A stretch of DNA of 64,000 bases from Candidatus Cloacimonadales bacterium (GTDB taxonomy: Bacteria > Cloacimonadota > Cloacimonadia > Cloacimonadales > JAFGVF01). The notes beneath the pieces are model-generated. The model was not told the DNA's origin. It searched no databases and saw nothing but the letters and a program-made list of their open reading frames with translations. The stretch covers positions 96,001 through 160,000 of the forward strand of contig CAXXOU010000001.1 of NCBI GenBank assembly GCA_963677495.2, in the 5' to 3' direction. This document shows, one piece after another, positions 38,310 to 49,500 of this stretch. Every line of letters starts with the position of its first letter. Position 1 is the first letter of the stretch. The position numbers and the translations under genes were made by a program.

Positions 38310-39749
38310 ATGAAAAAAGAAATTAATCAATCACATGTCATCCCCCTTAAGTCAAACCCGACAATTGAGATTGAGTCTAACTATGTCAATGTTTTTGTTG
38401 AAGCCTCTCCTGACGAGAATGTAACCTTTGATTTGCATTTAGTCAGTCGAGGACATGACCTTGATAAATGCGAGAATATCTATGAATTCAGTTCAAATGA
38501 AACAGATAACAAAGCATGGCTTCAGTTTAATGATGATGAAAGTTGTCACTTAGACAGCAAAGAGAGCAGAATCCTGGTAAAAGCACCGGAAAATTCAAAG
38601 CTTCAGGTCGAGAATGAGAATGGCAGAATTCACTGTAAAAATGTAACTGCTACTTTCTCTATAGAAACAGAGAATGGTTCAATAGCTACCATTAATTGTA
38701 AAGGCACTATGAATGTCCAAAGCGAGAACGGGGCAATAAAGATACATGACATGGAGGGAGAAATCAATGCAGAAACAGAAAACGGACTTATCAAGCTCAG
38801 TGGAGGAAAAGGTGAAGCCCTTAACTGTGAGACGGAGAATGGTAAGATTAAGATCGAAAAAGCCGACTATAGAACGATTAATCTTGAAACAGAGAACGGA
38901 CGTGTTATCTGTGAGGTTCCCGTTAGAAGTGAAGGGAACACAAACATTGAAACTGAAAACGGTAGTATAGATATTGTTATTCCTGAAGAGCTGGAGTTTA
39001 CAGCTGATTGTTCAATGGAATACGGTTCTTTCAGTAATTCAGTTAAGGCAAAAGTAGAAACTATCAGCTCAGATCATGACGAGAAGAAGTTCCATATCGA
39101 AAGAGGAAACGGAAGCTACAAGATAGCAATTGAGACGGAGAATGGCAGTATACGCATGATCGACAGCAACACTATCGGAATGGATGGTGTGAAAGTTGAA
39201 GTAAACCGATTCAAGAAGAAGTGGAAAAAACTCAGCGATGAAGAGATGAACATTGAAGACAAGGTTCAACAAGCCCTGAAAGATGTTGATTTCGATAAAA
39301 TATCTCGTGTATTAGAGAAAAAAGCTGCCATTATTTCAAAAAGATCAGTCCAAAAATCTATTGATGCTGCGCTTAAGACTGTTAGTAGTCTACAAGACAA
39401 ACTTTGCAACCTTGAAATCAAGATCTCTGATGATGGTGATGAACCAAAAGTCTATACAAAGAAAGTCTTTGTTAAGAGAGAAAAGCCTGAGAAACCGGCA
39501 AAACCTGCAAAGCCTGATTGTCCTGATTGCCCCGAGGTACCGGATATCCCTGATCTTGATGAGATTGAAGATACTGTAAGTGTTGTAATAAATGACATCA
39601 CAGATGCAGTAAATAAAGCAGATACTGCTACAAAGCCTGTGGCAAAGTCAAATGATAAAGGTCAGAGCAGACTTAAGATCTTAGACCTTCTTGAGAAAGG
39701 TGTGATTACATCTGAGCAAGCAGAAAGGCTACTAGCTGCAATTAAATAA
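38310..39749 (+). CDS. DUF4097-type beta-strand repeat protein with C-terminal SHOCT-like domain
   Basis: Repeated ETENG motifs; RLKILDLLEKGVITSEQAERLLAAI. Confidence 0.82.
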   Translation: MKKEINQSHVIPLKSNPTIEIESNYVNVFVEASPDENVTFDLHLVSRGHDLDKCENIYEFSSNETDNKAWLQFNDDESCHLDSKESRILVKAPENSKLQVENENGRIHCKNVTATFSIETENGSIATINCKGTMNVQSENGAIKIHDMEGEINAETENGLIKLSGGKGEALNCETENGKIKIEKADYRTINLETENGRVICEVPVRSEGNTNIETENGSIDIVIPEELEFTADCSMEYGSFSNSVKAKVETISSDHDEKKFHIERGNGSYKIAIETENGSIRMIDSNTIGMDGVKVEVNRFKKKWKKLSDEEMNIEDKVQQALKDVDFDKISRVLEKKAAIISKRSVQKSIDAALKTVSSLQDKLCNLEIKISDDGDEPKVYTKKVFVKREKPEKPAKPAKPDCPDCPEVPDIPDLDEIEDTVSVVINDITDAVNKADTATKPVAKSNDKGQSRLKILDLLEKGVITSEQAERLLAAIK

Positions 39750-39799
39750 CCAAAGCAAAACATAAATGACCTAAAAGGGTCTTCTTCAAAAAACTCCCG

Positions 39800-39828
39800 G
39801 GCTGGTGCGTGCCATCAGCCTTTTTTTT
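39800..39828 (+). terminator. Intrinsic terminator
   Basis: GGCTGGTG-CGTGC-CATCAGCC followed by T8. Confidence 0.75.
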
Positions 39829-39835
39829 GTATTTA

Positions 39836-40550
39836 CCTCACCCCTCTGGGGAGAGGTCGATATCCGTTGAGGATATCGGGTGAGGGGTCGATAGTTTATC
39901 ACTGACTTTCAAAGGGAAACTTCCTTGCCCCCAGACATAGTAAATCAAGAGAATCTTGTATATACCCCTCACCTTAATCCTCTCCCCAGAGGGGCGAGGA
40001 AAATATATAATGATTTATCAGTTTGCTTAAGCTCTCACCCAACTTATTATATCCAAATGAGTCAAAGGATTACATCACGAAAAAGAAGCGAACTAACTTC
40101 AAGACTTAGAGATTTTGCAAGAGCAAATCGAATGAATACAACTAATGCAGAATCCAAATTATGGGCATACCTACGTAATCGGAACCTATTTGGGTTCAAG
40201 TTCCGACGTCAACACCAAATTGGTTACTATATAGTAGATTTTATTTGTATTAAGAAAAACTTAGTAATCGAGCTGGATGGTGACCAGCATTATGTAGGGC
40301 AAGGGCCGGGATATGACCAAGTAAGGACAAGTTATCTCAATTCAAGAGGGTTAAGAGTTGTTAGGTTCACTGATTATGAGACTCTAACCAATATTGATGG
40401 TGTTATTGTTACTATCTTAGAGGAATTGGGTATTGAGTTTGAAGAGTGAAGAGTTTGTTTTGTTTGCAAAGGATAAAAAGAAAATCTCGTACCTACCCCT
40501 CATCTTCCGAGTTAAAGCTCTCCCTCTTCTCCCCAAAGGGGCGAAGAAAA
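39836..40550. repeat. CCCCTCACC..CCTCTCCCC.GAGGGG palindromic repeats flanking the DUF559 gene
   Basis: Copies at 39836-39887 (inverted), 39964-39999 and 40495-40550. Confidence 0.8.
40057..40449 (+). CDS. DUF559 / Vsr-like endonuclease-domain protein
   Basis: AESKLWAYLR, KFRRQHQIG.YIVDF, IELDGDQH, GLRVVRF. Confidence 0.9.
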   Translation: MSQRITSRKRSELTSRLRDFARANRMNTTNAESKLWAYLRNRNLFGFKFRRQHQIGYYIVDFICIKKNLVIELDGDQHYVGQGPGYDQVRTSYLNSRGLRVVRFTDYETLTNIDGVIVTILEELGIEFEE

Positions 40551-42848
40551 TAACTCCCCAATACTATCAGCATGCATAATCTTACGATAATGTTTCCATT
40601 CCTGTGGAAAAAGCCTCGTATATCCTCCAAATCTTCTATCGAGGAGAAGGATTACACCCTTATCTTCAGCAGTTCTGATTACCCTACCACCTGCCTGCAT
40701 GACTCTGTTTAGTCCCGGGAACTTATACGCAAAATCGAATCCGTTTTTATCTTCTGAGTCGAAGTAATCACGTATCAGGTTTCTTTCTAAGCAAATTTGA
40801 GGAAGTCCCACTCCAACGATTACGCAGTTAGAGAGCTTCTCACCTCTCAGATCAATACCCTCTCCAAAGATTCCACCCATCACAGCAAATCCGATTAAAC
40901 TACGTCCCGGTTCAAATGCTGCTAAGAACTCAAGTCGCTTTTCCTCTTTCATACTTCGCTTTTGTACTTGAATATGTTTATCAGGATACTTCTCTTCAAA
41001 CTTTTCCAAAACACTTTCCATGTACTTATATGATGGGAAGAACACTAGCATATTACCTTTTCTAGCATTTGATAGCATATAAATGTTCTCAACAACTTCC
41101 GGTATAGAGTCGGTTCGACGCTGATAAGTTGTTTCAACGGTAGTATTAATCAGTAGTTTCAAGTTCTCTTGCGGGAAAGGTGAGGTTAGTTTAAGAAACA
41201 GCTCATCCCCTGTTCCTCCACAGAAATAAGTGAAGTACTGTTCTGGTAGAAGTGTTGCTGAGAAAAACACTGATCCAATAGCTCTTTTCAAGCTCTCACG
41301 ATTCATCTCAGAGGGATCCATACAGTAGATTTTGATAAAGAACTTACCTGTATTCGAAAGGTAGAAAGTGAACTTCTCGTTCATGAACTCACTGCTTCTC
41401 ACGAACTGCCTGAACACGAAGTAGATATCTAATAAATCCTGTCTCCAAGCAGTTTGTGTATTCCGAGCCAACCATGTCTCTGCATTGTTGATAAACTTTC
41501 GAATCTTCCTCATCAGGTTCTTATCAAGCTCCTGCACCTCTTCCTGCTGAAGCTCTTTCTTCATCTCCCTTCGCCACTTCATCATGTGTCGTTCTACACT
41601 CTTCAGAGGTTTAATTATATCCTCTCCGGCATCTTCTATCAAGGCTTTCACAGCTTTCTTAACATCTCCAAGCTTGATATCAGCAGAATACATACCACGC
41701 GTTCGTTCAGGGAAGTTATGGGCTTCATCAATCAGAAAGAAGTAATCACCGTTCACCGGGTCAAAGAACCTTCGTAAATAGACCGCCGGATCGAAGGCAT
41801 AGTTATAATCAGCAACCACAACATCAGCAAACAGTGATAGGAACAGTGAGAACTCGAAGGGGCAGATATAGTATTTATCAGCAATTTCATCAATCACATC
41901 TCGTTCGAATATATCGTAATTGAACAGCTCAACACTCGCATCTTTCTGTCTGTCAAAATAACCTTTAGCAAGAGGGCAATCATCCCCGTCACATCTTCTA
42001 CCCGGGAATCTGCAAACCTTATCTTTAGCTGTAAGCACAACAGATTTTAGCTTATGCTTCTCAGTTACATCTCGCAGAGTATTCAAAGCCACAGTGCGTC
42101 CAACAGTCTTGGCAGTAAGGTAGAATATCTTTTCAGCTTTCCCCTCCCCCATTGCTTTCAATACAGGGAACAGCGTTCCAATCGTTTTACCTATCCCTGT
42201 TGGTGCTTGAATAAAGATGTTCTCCTTATTCTTCACAGCATTATAAGTAGCAACAGACATATCTCGCTGGTTCTTCCTAAACTCCCCATATGGGAAAGTA
42301 AGCTCTTGCAACCAAGTATCACGGGCAGTATGCTGATCAGCAATTCTTATTGCCCAATCGTAATATAAGCGGATTGTTTCCAGAAAGAACTCTTCCAATT
42401 CAATAAAAGTAAATGGACGAACAATCTCCCTAATTGCATCATCATCTAATTGGTAATAGGTTAGCTTGATATCAACATTGGAAAGCTCATTCTCTTTGGA
42501 GAAAATAAAGGCATAGATTTTTGCTTGAGCCCAATGCATGAAAGAGTTCTCGTAAGTAATCTCATCTAACAACCTAAATGTCGACTTAATCTCTTCAATC
42601 AGATAGGTCTCCCCCGGTTGCACTCCATCAATACGTCCCTGAATCTGTATATCCAACTTCTCGGTCTCATGAATATACTTAAAAGCAACTTCTGCTAAAT
42701 AGTCATCAGGTCTTGACTTCTGGATTTTCTGGTGTGCCCGTGTTCCGGCCAAAGCCCTTTTCTGACTGACAAACACTGACTTCATATCACCTGACTGATA
42801 TGAGAATCCTATTAGGTCACGAACTGATATCTTCAATCTCTCTTTCAT
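40512..42848 (-). CDS. DinG/Rad3-like Fe-S helicase with N-terminal PD-(D/E)XK nuclease domain
   Basis: GRIDG..EEIKST nuclease motif, APTGIGKT, Cys cluster, IDEAHN, QAGGRVIR. Confidence 0.9.
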   Translation of the reverse strand: MKERLKISVRDLIGFSYQSGDMKSVFVSQKRALAGTRAHQKIQKSRPDDYLAEVAFKYIHETEKLDIQIQGRIDGVQPGETYLIEEIKSTFRLLDEITYENSFMHWAQAKIYAFIFSKENELSNVDIKLTYYQLDDDAIREIVRPFTFIELEEFFLETIRLYYDWAIRIADQHTARDTWLQELTFPYGEFRKNQRDMSVATYNAVKNKENIFIQAPTGIGKTIGTLFPVLKAMGEGKAEKIFYLTAKTVGRTVALNTLRDVTEKHKLKSVVLTAKDKVCRFPGRRCDGDDCPLAKGYFDRQKDASVELFNYDIFERDVIDEIADKYYICPFEFSLFLSLFADVVVADYNYAFDPAVYLRRFFDPVNGDYFFLIDEAHNFPERTRGMYSADIKLGDVKKAVKALIEDAGEDIIKPLKSVERHMMKWRREMKKELQQEEVQELDKNLMRKIRKFINNAETWLARNTQTAWRQDLLDIYFVFRQFVRSSEFMNEKFTFYLSNTGKFFIKIYCMDPSEMNRESLKRAIGSVFFSATLLPEQYFTYFCGGTGDELFLKLTSPFPQENLKLLINTTVETTYQRRTDSIPEVVENIYMLSNARKGNMLVFFPSYKYMESVLEKFEEKYPDKHIQVQKRSMKEEKRLEFLAAFEPGRSLIGFAVMGGIFGEGIDLRGEKLSNCVIVGVGLPQICLERNLIRDYFDSEDKNGFDFAYKFPGLNRVMQAGGRVIRTAEDKGVILLLDRRFGGYTRLFPQEWKHYRKIMHADSIGELFSSPLWGEEGEL

Positions 42849-43022
42849 TATGAAGGTTTTAAAGACCAATCCACATTGTCAACGAAAACTTAAGCATCTC
42901 TTAATCAAAAATTGCATATTTCAACCCAAGTGGAACCGCATTATTGACCATTCTACACAAAACTCCGATCCCAATTTCTGACTCTGATTTAATCAAATAA
43001 TCCCGTTTTTGGTCCTGCTTCA

Positions 43023-43176
43023 TCCCTTCCGGTTTCCTGACTAAAAAAGGTGTTTCAAAGGTCTCCCACAGGTGACCCTCTCGTGACCCTCTCGTGGAAA
43101 GCCTCAAGTTATTCACATCATGTGGATAACTACAAAACATATGGATTACTTTTCTTAGTCACGGAACCGGAAGGGA
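43023..43176. repeat. 22-bp inverted repeats enclosing 11-bp units and a DnaA-box-like pair (copy B)
   Basis: TCCCTTCCGGTTTCCTGACTAA (43023-43044) vs TTAGTCACGGAACCGGAAGGGA (43155-43176), 20/22; GTGACCCTCTC x2; TTATTCACA-TCA-TGTGGATAA (43109-43129). Confidence 0.75.
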
Positions 43177-43453
43177 AGCATAGGGCACAAATCAATCACA
43201 AATTGCTTTTTGATTTGTTCATTCATTATAAATCTGCTAAATCCTGCTTAGAAAAGAGAAAAATATCGATGCAGACTTGCTAGTTGAGAGAGTACTGATG
43301 AACAATAAGTTAAGTATAGTAAAAGCACCTGTAATAATGAGTCAAACTCAGTGGTTACAAAAAAAAGTGATAATATAGTTTGACTTATTAAGGTATAATA
43401 GCATATTCTTGTGTTCGGTGTGAGGATGCTACTATAAATCCGGAGGAACAACA

Positions 43454-43684
43454 ATGAACGAAGAATTAATGAAAGAGATGCTTGAAGAGATAAAAATGCA
43501 AACAAGGCTTCTTGCGAAGATTTCAAGAGATATCCATCAGATGAGAGAAGCAGCAACTTTAACAGAATTTTACGGTAGTTCTGAGATTGATATTGAACCT
43601 ACATTAGGTTGGAAGAAACATATTCACTATGTTGATGAACTTATGAAAAAAGTAGATGAACCAGAGGAAGAAAAGTACTATTAG
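43454..43684 (+). CDS. Small hypothetical protein
   Basis: 76-aa ORF with GGAGG RBS. Confidence 0.6.
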   Translation: MNEELMKEMLEEIKMQTRLLAKISRDIHQMREAATLTEFYGSSEIDIEPTLGWKKHIHYVDELMKKVDEPEEEKYY

Positions 43685-43745
43685 ATAATCATAAGCTCTC
43701 ACACCCCTTCCTTTTTTCATAATATTTAATCAAAAGGCTATCCCT

Positions 43746-46511
43746 ATGTGTAAGTCTATTTTTCTGCCATTAAAGACAGATTCTATTCAGTATATACTAA
43801 AAAACTATACAAATTCCAACACTTTGCTAGTATTCCCAACGAAGGCTAACTCCCGAAAAGCTCAAAAAGCGTTACAAACACAATGGAGTTTCAACCGTTT
43901 AGTTTGCAAGAGTATTGAAGAGTTTAAAGATGAGTTGTTTTTGCCCGGGATCCCCATACTTGAAGATCAAAAGCGTTATCTTGCCTTATACTCATGCCTT
44001 AATAATGAGTTGAAAGAGTTCTTTAACTGCAAAAGTTATGTGGACTCTGTTTCTTTTGCCAATGCGTTCTTTACTTTCTTTGCTGAATTAAGAGATGAAA
44101 ACATTGAGCCTGCATCTGTTCCAGTCCTATTGTCAGAGAAGATGATTGAGACAAGCCCCTGGCAAGATGAGCATTATGATAAACTTCTAGAGGTCTTCCG
44201 GATTTACAAGGACTATCTCGATAACCGTGATCTAACTGATACTATCTACCTGAATGATTTAGATTTGATTAATCTACACAACACTTTTGAGAAGGTTGTT
44301 TTTGTTAACCAAGTCTACTATTCAGGGCTTGAAAGGATGATGCTTGAGAAGCTAAGCTCTGTGCTACCTGTTGAGCTTTTGTTTTTCGGTGATGAAGAGT
44401 TCTTTAATCAAGAGAACCTAAGAGTTATGAGTAATAACTACAACAAATATGTAAATCCTGAAAGCATAACAATATCATTAGCAGAGAATGAGCTTTCAAT
44501 GTTGCAGCACTTCTGTGAAGAGATAGAACACGGAATGCAATTTGAAAGTATCGTTTACCCTAACTTTGAGGGCTCTTTTGGTGGCAACATGCTTTCCCCT
44601 GAACGGTTTAACATTCCTACCTCCAGATCATTCCGTGAGTCTGGGATTAACAGGTTTCTAAATACTCTTTCGATTCTTTTCAATGGCATTGTCTACAGCG
44701 GATCAACAAAGTTAATTAAGTTAAACTGTTTAATAGAAGCTCTTAGTGAAGACGTGTTCGTTAGCTACTATGAGTTAGATAAGCATGAGTTAATGAAAGC
44801 ATTATCGTATCAAATCGATCAGGGATTTATCTATTTTGACCTGGGTTTGCAAAACTGTAAGAAGTGGATAAATTCTAAGAGTTTAGTGCATTTTCTGGAT
44901 TTAGTTGAAGGTATAATGCTGGAACTATTTAGTGTTACTAATCCCACTGGTCTTGTTAATCTACTTGCTAACTATTTGAATCCCGAGAGTATGTTGAATG
45001 ATTGGGAAAAGACACACACTAATGCCCTCTCAGTATTCTTTGAAGGATTAGCGAATTACAAGACTATCGGTGAGTTCCCCATAGTTGAATCTTGGAGCAA
45101 GTTTGCCGGAGGAGTAAGCAAAGTTCCAAAGATATTGTTATCGTTACTGCTTGAAAATCTTAGTAGCCGTAAGATAAAATGTCAGGTAAACATTGCAGGG
45201 AATCGAATTAAGCTTAGGAATTTCCTGGACACTCGTAACATCAGTTACCGGAGCATTGCTGTGTTAAACATGCAAGAGGGCTTACTACCGGGAAAAAGGA
45301 ATCAACCATATCTGTTTACAGATGTACAACGCAAAGCACTAGGCATGAAGACTTATGAGCTTATAGTTGCACGCGAGAAGTATTATTTCTTCAGGTTACT
45401 CGCTAGTTCAAAGAGGACAAGCATCTACGGATTGAGAAATGGAGATGAGGGTATAGAAGTAAGCTCCTATATTGATGAGCTTATCGTACACTTCCCTGAG
45501 TTGAAACCAAATGAAGTAATATCTGAAAGTGATAGTCATTCCAGAAACCTGAGTATTTTAACAAAGAACAGAAGCGACTGGCAGATTCCGGATATTGAGT
45601 TAACAAATAGCTTTGCTCAAATACCTTTTGAGATTACAGACTTACCACTCTATGATAATAAGTATATGCTTTCTTTTACTGCGTTTTCTGCTCTGAGAGA
45701 CTGTCCGTTTAAATATTATCTTGAGAATATTTGTAAACAAAGACGAATGACAAAACGAGCTGAAGAGAACTTCAGTGCACTGCTGTTTGGTAAATTTGTA
45801 CATATTCTAATGTCAAGAATTGTGAAAAGATTAAACGAAACCTATAAAGACAAACTTATGCATAGACCCGAATGGCTCAATCATAAGTATGTTGAAACTA
45901 CTATAAATAGCTTGATGAACTCTAACACTAAAGAGTTTTATGGGATACCGCAATCAGTGGGAAAATACTATTATGAGGAAGTAATTAAGCCTGTGATTGC
46001 TAATAGTATCTTATCATTCTTTGCTAATATTGAGGAAAGGTTTACAAGTCTCTCGTCCGGCATGTACAAATGGATTCCGGAAGAGGAGACACAAGATGAT
46101 CTTACTGCATCAATCTCTCCATTTGTGGAAATTGAGCATGATGGAAAGCCATTGAAGGTATACCTTGTAGGTAAAGCAGACCTTCTGCTGGAAAGTGACC
46201 ATGATTGCATCATCGTTGATTATAAAACCGGTCACTACACCCCGTTTAATGATTATCAACTAATCATGTATAGTACGGTTTATCATGAACTCCTCAAGAA
46301 ACCGGCTTTTGCCTATTTTTGGTATTTTAAAGATAGTAAGCTTAAAGAACCGGGAACAAAAAGGACTCCACTTGAAAACATTATTTCTGAGAGTATGATA
46401 GGTCTTTTCGTAAATGGATTTGATGTTATAAAATTTAAGCCATATGAGAAGGAGCATCTAGATGCTCTTAGCAGATATAGCCTTGTCAAAAGGCATCTGG
46501 GAGTGAAATAG
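43746..46511 (+). CDS. AddB/RexB-like subunit with C-terminal PD-(D/E)XK nuclease
   Basis: LVFPT, CPFKYY, FGKFVH, GKADLL..IVDYKTG..YQL.MY; directly precedes the AddA-like gene. Confidence 0.8.
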   Translation: MCKSIFLPLKTDSIQYILKNYTNSNTLLVFPTKANSRKAQKALQTQWSFNRLVCKSIEEFKDELFLPGIPILEDQKRYLALYSCLNNELKEFFNCKSYVDSVSFANAFFTFFAELRDENIEPASVPVLLSEKMIETSPWQDEHYDKLLEVFRIYKDYLDNRDLTDTIYLNDLDLINLHNTFEKVVFVNQVYYSGLERMMLEKLSSVLPVELLFFGDEEFFNQENLRVMSNNYNKYVNPESITISLAENELSMLQHFCEEIEHGMQFESIVYPNFEGSFGGNMLSPERFNIPTSRSFRESGINRFLNTLSILFNGIVYSGSTKLIKLNCLIEALSEDVFVSYYELDKHELMKALSYQIDQGFIYFDLGLQNCKKWINSKSLVHFLDLVEGIMLELFSVTNPTGLVNLLANYLNPESMLNDWEKTHTNALSVFFEGLANYKTIGEFPIVESWSKFAGGVSKVPKILLSLLLENLSSRKIKCQVNIAGNRIKLRNFLDTRNISYRSIAVLNMQEGLLPGKRNQPYLFTDVQRKALGMKTYELIVAREKYYFFRLLASSKRTSIYGLRNGDEGIEVSSYIDELIVHFPELKPNEVISESDSHSRNLSILTKNRSDWQIPDIELTNSFAQIPFEITDLPLYDNKYMLSFTAFSALRDCPFKYYLENICKQRRMTKRAEENFSALLFGKFVHILMSRIVKRLNETYKDKLMHRPEWLNHKYVETTINSLMNSNTKEFYGIPQSVGKYYYEEVIKPVIANSILSFFANIEERFTSLSSGMYKWIPEEETQDDLTASISPFVEIEHDGKPLKVYLVGKADLLLESDHDCIIVDYKTGHYTPFNDYQLIMYSTVYHELLKKPAFAYFWYFKDSKLKEPGTKRTPLENIISESMIGLFVNGFDVIKFKPYEKEHLDALSRYSLVKRHLGVK

Positions 46512-49500
46512 ATGGATAATACCTTTTTTAAAGTCATAACTGCATCCGCCGGTACCGGTAAAACATATCGGTTATCCTTGGAATATATCAGAATACTGAT
46601 TGAGTATAGTAAATATGATGAGTTTCACTATTCACAAATACTTGCCATAACCTTCACCAGAAAAGCAACAGCAGAAATTAAAGAGAGAATCTATCAACAC
46701 CTTCAGCTCATATATACCAATAATAAGGAAGCAGAGATTCTAATCGCTAATCTGGAGAATCTTCTTGGTAGAACTATAAGCAGAGATGAGATACAGTCAC
46801 TCAAAGAGATATATCTTGAGATGCTTTTGCATAAACAGGATGTTCATATCTCGACAATTGATTCTTTTGCAGGTAGTATCTTCAATAGCGTTATTGCTCC
46901 CTGGAAAGGCATTAACGAGTATGAGATCGATTTAAACTATAATGAAGAGATTCTGCCTGAGATACTCGAAAACCTTCTACGAAAAGGGCTTATCACTGAC
47001 GAGATACTTGCTTTCCTAAACAACGATTTAAGGATAAGACCGGAACTTCACACTAGAGATTTGGATAATCTTATAACACACAGATGGCAAGTCCACTTTC
47101 TTGAGAAGTATGATAATACGATGTCCGTAGAAAACTTTAAGCAAGCTTACTTAAACTATCATGACTTAGTAAACAACCTTATGGAGCTTATCCTAGAGCT
47201 CCATGCCCTGAAGGGTAAAGCCGGACTGGAAAGCTATATTAAGCCGGCAATCCGGCAAGAGTTCAACAGTTTCTCTCCACTAGAACTACCCCAGATTATA
47301 TTGAGTAATTTCACTGACTTAGATTATTTGAAAGAGAATTATCGATTTGTTATGAAGAATATAACAATATATGATGGTAGAAGACTAAGAGATAAAGATC
47401 TGAAGGCATTGGCACAAGAAGTTCAAACAGCACTTGCAGACCTTTTATATTACCATGTATATCTTAACGAATGGATCGAAATCAAGAACTTCTGGACCAA
47501 TCTCTTAGCTGAATATGATGAGATGAAACTTACTTCCGGGAAGTTGACTTATAGTGATATAACAGACTACACTTTCAACTATCTCTATGATAAAGACATC
47601 TCCATTGTTGATGCTAATACAGGAACTGTTACGAATAGGTTCTATGAAGCTCTATCTTATAGAACAAGGTTTCTGTTGTTTGATGAGTTCCAGGATACAA
47701 GCATTGTACAGTTCAAATTATTCCAACCAATGATAGATGAGATGATAAGTGGATCGGGAACCTTTCCTTATGGTGGAGTAATCATTGTTGGAGATGAGAA
47801 GCAGGCAATTTATCAGTGGCGATCAGGTGAAATGGAGTTAATCAATAAACTTGAGAATATCTATGATGTACAATATTCTAGATTAGAGACATGCTATAGA
47901 AGCTCTAAGAGTGTAATTGATTTCATCAATGAAATGTTTAGTTCCCCCAGCTTGAATCTTGTAAAGGATGAGATGGGAATAGATTGGAACTATGAAGATG
48001 TTATGTGTGCCAGAAAGAATGCACATGGAAGTGTAGCTTTTAAAGAGTATGGTTACACTACAAGTTCAGGTTCACTACAAGAAAGCTTTGAACAGTTTGT
48101 AAATGAATATCTTATCCCTCATATCCGGGTTGGGAATGATTACAATTGTGAAGGTGTTGCTGTAATTGCCAGAACAAACAGAGAGCTAACTGCAATAGCT
48201 GATTTACTTACACAATCAGGAATATCTTTTATTCAAGAGAGTAACAACTCTCTCTTCAAACATCACGCTATAACACCGATTCTTCATCTCATGGATTGGA
48301 TTGCTTATGGTGATAGATTATCCTTACTTAAATTCTTCCGGTCAGACCTTTATATGCTCCCATCTGATATTATGAAAGAGTTCTTACAGAATAGTCACAA
48401 ACTTAGTGATGAGAAGTTCAATGAATATCTTAATGACTTGTCCGCTATGGATAAGATACAAGCTTTATCTGAACATCAATCGAATCCTTTCATATTTGCC
48501 ATCAAAGTAATTGAGGCTTTCAACTTTGAGTCAATATTCAAAACAGATAATGAGAAGAAGAATTTAGATAAGTTCCTAAACATTGTTCATTCGTTTACTA
48601 CCGAGCGACATGATTATACTAATAACTTAGCAGGATTCCTGCAATATTGTATTGAGCTGGAAAAAGAGGAATCAAACCGGCAGGAAACTGTAAATAATGA
48701 TAATGCGATAACACTTATAAGTATTCATAAATCTAAGGGCTTAGCTTTTAAAACTGTTTTCTTTTATTCATCAGTTGGAACCGGTATCAGACATGGAAGT
48801 GACCTATTCGTTAATTATCGTTTTGATGATAAGTATATAGGACTTACAGATTATGATATTTCCATGCGATGTCGAGAGATTCTAAAGTTAACATCTAAAA
48901 CGGATACTATAATCAGAAAGGAGTTGAGTGAAGAGATTCAGGAGCTGAATGCTATCTATGTTGCTATGACCAGAGCGGAAGATAATCTTTATCTGTTTTA
49001 TGCTGTAAAACAACTTAAAGGTGGTGAACCCGGGGCTGACTTTAGGATAAGCAAAGTAATCTATTCTTGTGCTAAGCACTTACTGAATAATACAGAAGTT
49101 GTTAAAAATGAGTTTACTAAGAAGATTAAAGAGATAACTCACACCAAGAATCAAACAAATATCAGTCACTATTTTTCACCTGATAAGACAGAGCTTTTTG
49201 AGGAACTCAAACCGGAAAACATAATGAGCAAAGAGGAACTGACAGCTCTATACATTACAGGTAAAAGAAACGTAATCGGTTCAGTTGTGCACCATTATCT
49301 CTCCTTTATTGAGTATAATCATAAGAATGACCATGAGATTGCTCTTAAACAAACTATATCAGCATATGGCAATCTCATCCCTTATAATGAGCTGTTAAGC
49401 TATGTAGAGGTAGCTCGTAGATTTGTTGATACTAGTCCAGAGGTATTCTCTGACAAGTGGGATCATGTTTTTAATGAATATACTATTTATCATCCACAAA

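Noticed and set aside
39925..40056. N-terminal extension of the DUF559 ORF
   Set aside because: It runs through the palindromic repeat; family-like sequence starts near ATG 40057.
33007..43131. oriC
   Set aside because: Only two DnaA boxes per site, 10 kb apart, with no dnaA/dnaN/gidA context.
43010..43185. SRP RNA (ffs) helix-8-like text GTCAGG..CCGGAAGG..AGCA
   Set aside because: Spacing and pairing do not match the CAGG-3 bp-GNRA-3 bp-AGCA geometry, and I could not build the long enclosing helix; better explained as an inverted repeat. An Rfam scan would settle it.
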